The notes under the pieces were generated by a model. The model was not told the DNA's origin. It did not search any database and saw only the letters and a program-made list of their open reading frames with translations. DNA of 64,000 bases from Candidatus Zixiibacteriota bacterium (GTDB lineage Bacteria; Zixibacteria; MSB-5A5; UBA10806; 4484-95): positions 497,284-561,283 of the forward strand of contig JBBIRK010000001.1 of the NCBI GenBank assembly GCA_037441845.1, read 5' to 3'. Position 1 is the stretch's first letter. Each line of letters starts with the position of its first letter. Positions 61,150 through 64,000 of the stretch are shown piece after piece. Both the position numbers and the translations under genes were made by a program.

Positions 61150-61367
61150 TTATCCCCGTGAATAATCTTCATCGGTCTTATAAAGAGACTTTTACCACAC
61201 TAAACCGATTGTTTTCCGTTTTCTCCCGAGAGCGCTCTTTTCCCGGATATTCCGATACCGAAACGGATCCCGATTCGAACCTGTACGACCTGTCGTGGCT
61301 TCCATTTGCCGCAGTCAATTCATTTTAGGCTATATATATTACAATGCCTTTTCATTATCAAGCGAAC

Positions 61368-62480
61368 TCAGGGGCGATACGCGCTTTCCGCTTCGATCAG
61401 ATCAGCTACCTTTCCCGAGGGTCCCTGGCTTTGAATGAAATTCAGCAGAATCTCGCGCCGCAAGAGACCGACCGATATCAGAGACGGAAGCGGATTTCTA
61501 TACAATAGGTAACGATCCGTTTGCGCCGTGTTGCAACCCCACCAGCTCAAACAAGCATAATCGAATCCGATCTCTTTCAACATCGGCAAAAACCGAGAGT
61601 AGCCGGCAATATCAAAGCCATAAGGATAGGCGAATCCGATGACTTTCTTTCGAATTTGATTTTCGATAATGGTTTTCGAACCGGTGATATCGTCATAGGC
61701 TTCCTGCGATTCGACATGACTCAGATTGGCATGCGAACGGGTATGAGAGCCGAATTCCATTCCCTGCGCGGCCAGATCGCGAATCTGATCCCAGCTCAAC
61801 GGTTGCGGCACGGCCAACGCTATCGAGGGGTCGTCCAGAATCGATCGCCGCAAATATTCCACCGCGCCTTTCTGAACAGAGGTCGGTTGTTTCATCAAGA
61901 ACATCGACAATCGATTCAATAGCAAGTCTTTGTAGTGCGTATCGTGCAAACGCTGCAGATCGATGATCGCCGAATTGATTTTGAACTCCCGAGAAAACTC
62001 CTTTAGGTCGACACGAGATAAATCGCCTACCCTGATCAATTCCTCCAGATCATCCCACCAAAGGCTGGCTTTGCCGTCGATCCAATCGGTTGCCAAGAAA
62101 ACCGTCGCCGAAACGCCATATTTACGCATTATCGGCCAAGCAATTTCATAGACGGATCGATAGCCGTCATCGAAAGTGATCGCCACCGAATTTTCAAGCA
62201 AATCACCGCGTTCGTCTATCTCCTTGACCGCTTTCTCCATCGTAATCGCCCGAAAATCCTTCAAAATCGCCCTGATCTGGCATTCAAAGGCCAAACCGCT
62301 CGGTCTGTCCTGGGTTCCGTTTATAGGATAGGCAGACGAGTTGGGAACCAGATCGTGATACATCAGGATCAAAAGCTGTTTTCGTCGCCCCACTTTAAGA
62401 AAATTCCGGATATGATAGTAACCGGAATGCAAAAGCCCAAGCTTGACCAAGTTCACGAAATTGGGAATATGCGCCTCCAT
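61368..62480 (-). CDS. Polysaccharide deacetylase (CE4)
   Basis: LMYH, TFDDGY, GSHTRSH, FAYPYG. Confidence 0.9.
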   Translation of the reverse strand: MEAHIPNFVNLVKLGLLHSGYYHIRNFLKVGRRKQLLILMYHDLVPNSSAYPINGTQDRPSGLAFECQIRAILKDFRAITMEKAVKEIDERGDLLENSVAITFDDGYRSVYEIAWPIMRKYGVSATVFLATDWIDGKASLWWDDLEELIRVGDLSRVDLKEFSREFKINSAIIDLQRLHDTHYKDLLLNRLSMFLMKQPTSVQKGAVEYLRRSILDDPSIALAVPQPLSWDQIRDLAAQGMEFGSHTRSHANLSHVESQEAYDDITGSKTIIENQIRKKVIGFAYPYGFDIAGYSRFLPMLKEIGFDYACLSWWGCNTAQTDRYLLYRNPLPSLISVGLLRREILLNFIQSQGPSGKVADLIEAESAYRP

Positions 62481-62751
62481 TCGATCCGCCTGACGACCCT
62501 TTATTCTCTGCTATTGGACAGGCCGATCCGATAGTCGGTCAATCTAACGCAAATGACATGGATAGTCAATATCATTACCCGGAAACCCAAGAAAACGTGA
62601 AAAGGTGACGAGAAATCCATTTAGGAGTAACAATCACGAATAATTTTGCATAAAATTCAACAAGATAACAATAGTGGTTCAATTTTTGCTTTGAAAATAC
62701 GGTTTTTATGATATATTAAAGCTGTCGTCTGAAGCCGTGGGCAATTATAAA

Positions 62752-62779
62752 TAAAGCCGCCCCTGACGGCTGCCGATAA
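62752..62779 (+). promoter_or_regulatory. Sigma28-like promoter candidate upstream of rpoN
   Basis: TAAA-N16-GCCGATAA, ending 36 nt before ATG 62816. Confidence 0.55.
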
Positions 62780-62815
62780 TATGAGAGAAGATAACCTGTT
62801 GAAAATTTACATGTT

Positions 62816-64000
62816 ATGGTAGAACTGAAACTTACACCCTCGTTAAGCCAACGTCCCGACCTGGTAATTCAGCCCGGATTGATTCAATCGCTCAAGCTGC
62901 TCATGGAGCCGATCCTGAACCTCGAGATGATAGTCCGACAGAGGTTGTCGGATAACCCTTTGCTCGAAGAGGTCGAGCAACAAGATTCGGCCGAGGATAT
63001 CGTTGCGCCGCCGGAAGAGCCGGCGCGGACCACAGAACAGACTATAGAACGGATTGATTGGCAGGAATTCCTTGGCGAAGACCATGAATACCTGAAAGAC
63101 GGCGGTTACAGGGATTATTCGGTCGTTTCCGACGAAGATCTGCCCGAGGCGGTCTCGGTGGCGGAAAAGACCCTGTTCGATTATCTTATGGAACAGCTCG
63201 GTTTCACCCGTCTTTCGGATAAGCAAAAAGAGATCGGCTCCTACATAATCGGCAATATCGACGAGGCGGGATTCCTTACCGTGTCGGTCGAGGAGATGGC
63301 GACCGAGCTTAAAGTCGAGGCGAAGGAGATCGCTGAAGTTCTGGCGGTGATCAAGACGTTCGATCCCACCGGCGTGGGCTCGCGCGATCTTCGCGAGTGC
63401 CTTTTGGCCCAGCTGGAGGAACAAGGATACAACGGTTCGCTGACTTGGATTATCGTTGATAAGCACCTTAAAGATCTCGAAAACAAAAGCATAACTCAAT
63501 TGGCGCGTATGCTCGACACCCATCCCGAAAAAGTCGACCAGGCCGTAAAAGTGATCCGCAGCTTGTCGCCGTATCCGGCCGCAGGAAGATTTTCGCGGCC
63601 CGCCGTGCCTATCGTTCCCGACCTGATAATCGAAAAAATCGGAGACGAATTCGTAATCTACCATAACGATAAAAATTTGCCCCAGCTGCGGATCAACCAA
63701 TCTTATAAAAACTTGATACGCCGCGGCTCCAACTCAAGCGAATCGACCAAACAATATATCAAGGAAAAACTCGAGCAGGCGCGTTGGCTGATCAACGCTA
63801 TCAACCAGCGCCGCACCACCATGGTAAATGTCATGACGGCGATAGTTGAAGAGCAAAAAGAGTTTTTCGAGCACGGAGAATCTCATCTAAAGCCGCTTAC
63901 CATGGAACAGATTGCCGATAAGGTCGGGATGAACGTGGCCACGATCTCGCGGGTCGCCAACGGCAAATATGTGCAAACGCCGCTCGGGATGTATGAAATC
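62816..64000 (+). CDS. rpoN: RNA polymerase sigma-54 factor (partial, runs off the window; absent from the ORF track)
   Basis: Manual translation: MVELKLTPSLSQ..LIQSLKLL..NPLLEE..IGNIDEAGFL..FDPTGVGSRDLRECL..VPDLI..LKPLTM..ATISRVANGKYVQTP. Confidence 0.95.
   Translation, partial: MVELKLTPSLSQRPDLVIQPGLIQSLKLLMEPILNLEMIVRQRLSDNPLLEEVEQQDSAEDIVAPPEEPARTTEQTIERIDWQEFLGEDHEYLKDGGYRDYSVVSDEDLPEAVSVAEKTLFDYLMEQLGFTRLSDKQKEIGSYIIGNIDEAGFLTVSVEEMATELKVEAKEIAEVLAVIKTFDPTGVGSRDLRECLLAQLEEQGYNGSLTWIIVDKHLKDLENKSITQLARMLDTHPEKVDQAVKVIRSLSPYPAAGRFSRPAVPIVPDLIIEKIGDEFVIYHNDKNLPQLRINQSYKNLIRRGSNSSESTKQYIKEKLEQARWLINAINQRRTTMVNVMTAIVEEQKEFFEHGESHLKPLTMEQIADKVGMNVATISRVANGKYVQTPLGMYEI

Overview
Bacterial chromosomal window with moderately high GC (judged by eye, not computed). 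Dockerin-like and T9SS/FlgD-type C-terminal domains suggest an FCB-related lineage such as Zixibacteria, which is inference only. Core genes: tRNA-Leu-tig-clpP-clpX-[mrr]-engB-purA, dCMP deaminase-asnS-tRNA-Val-wecB, tRNA-Gln-prs-[MDR oxidoreductase]-rplY, hemW, and the 5' part of rpoN. Accessory content: an iron/oxidative-stress cluster (rubredoxin, FprA, two ferritin-family genes), Tat-signal TldD-PmbA-znuACB, several uncharacterised secreted proteins, two pseudogenes and a polysaccharide locus. No CRISPR array, IS, integrase or rRNA was seen. Best leads: (1) a tight operon of a cNMP-binding PAS histidine kinase, a DUF3307 membrane protein and a soluble-adenylyl-cyclase-like tandem cyclase-STAND-TPR protein, followed by a ZU5-like lipoprotein with an HFS autoproteolysis motif; (2) an FmdB-type zinc ribbon whose UGA is followed by a SECIS-like hairpin (candidate C-terminal selenocysteine); (3) a signal peptidase I paralogue lacking its catalytic residues; (4) sigma28-like promoters in front of non-flagellar genes including rpoN. 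All family calls come from motif recognition, not database searches.
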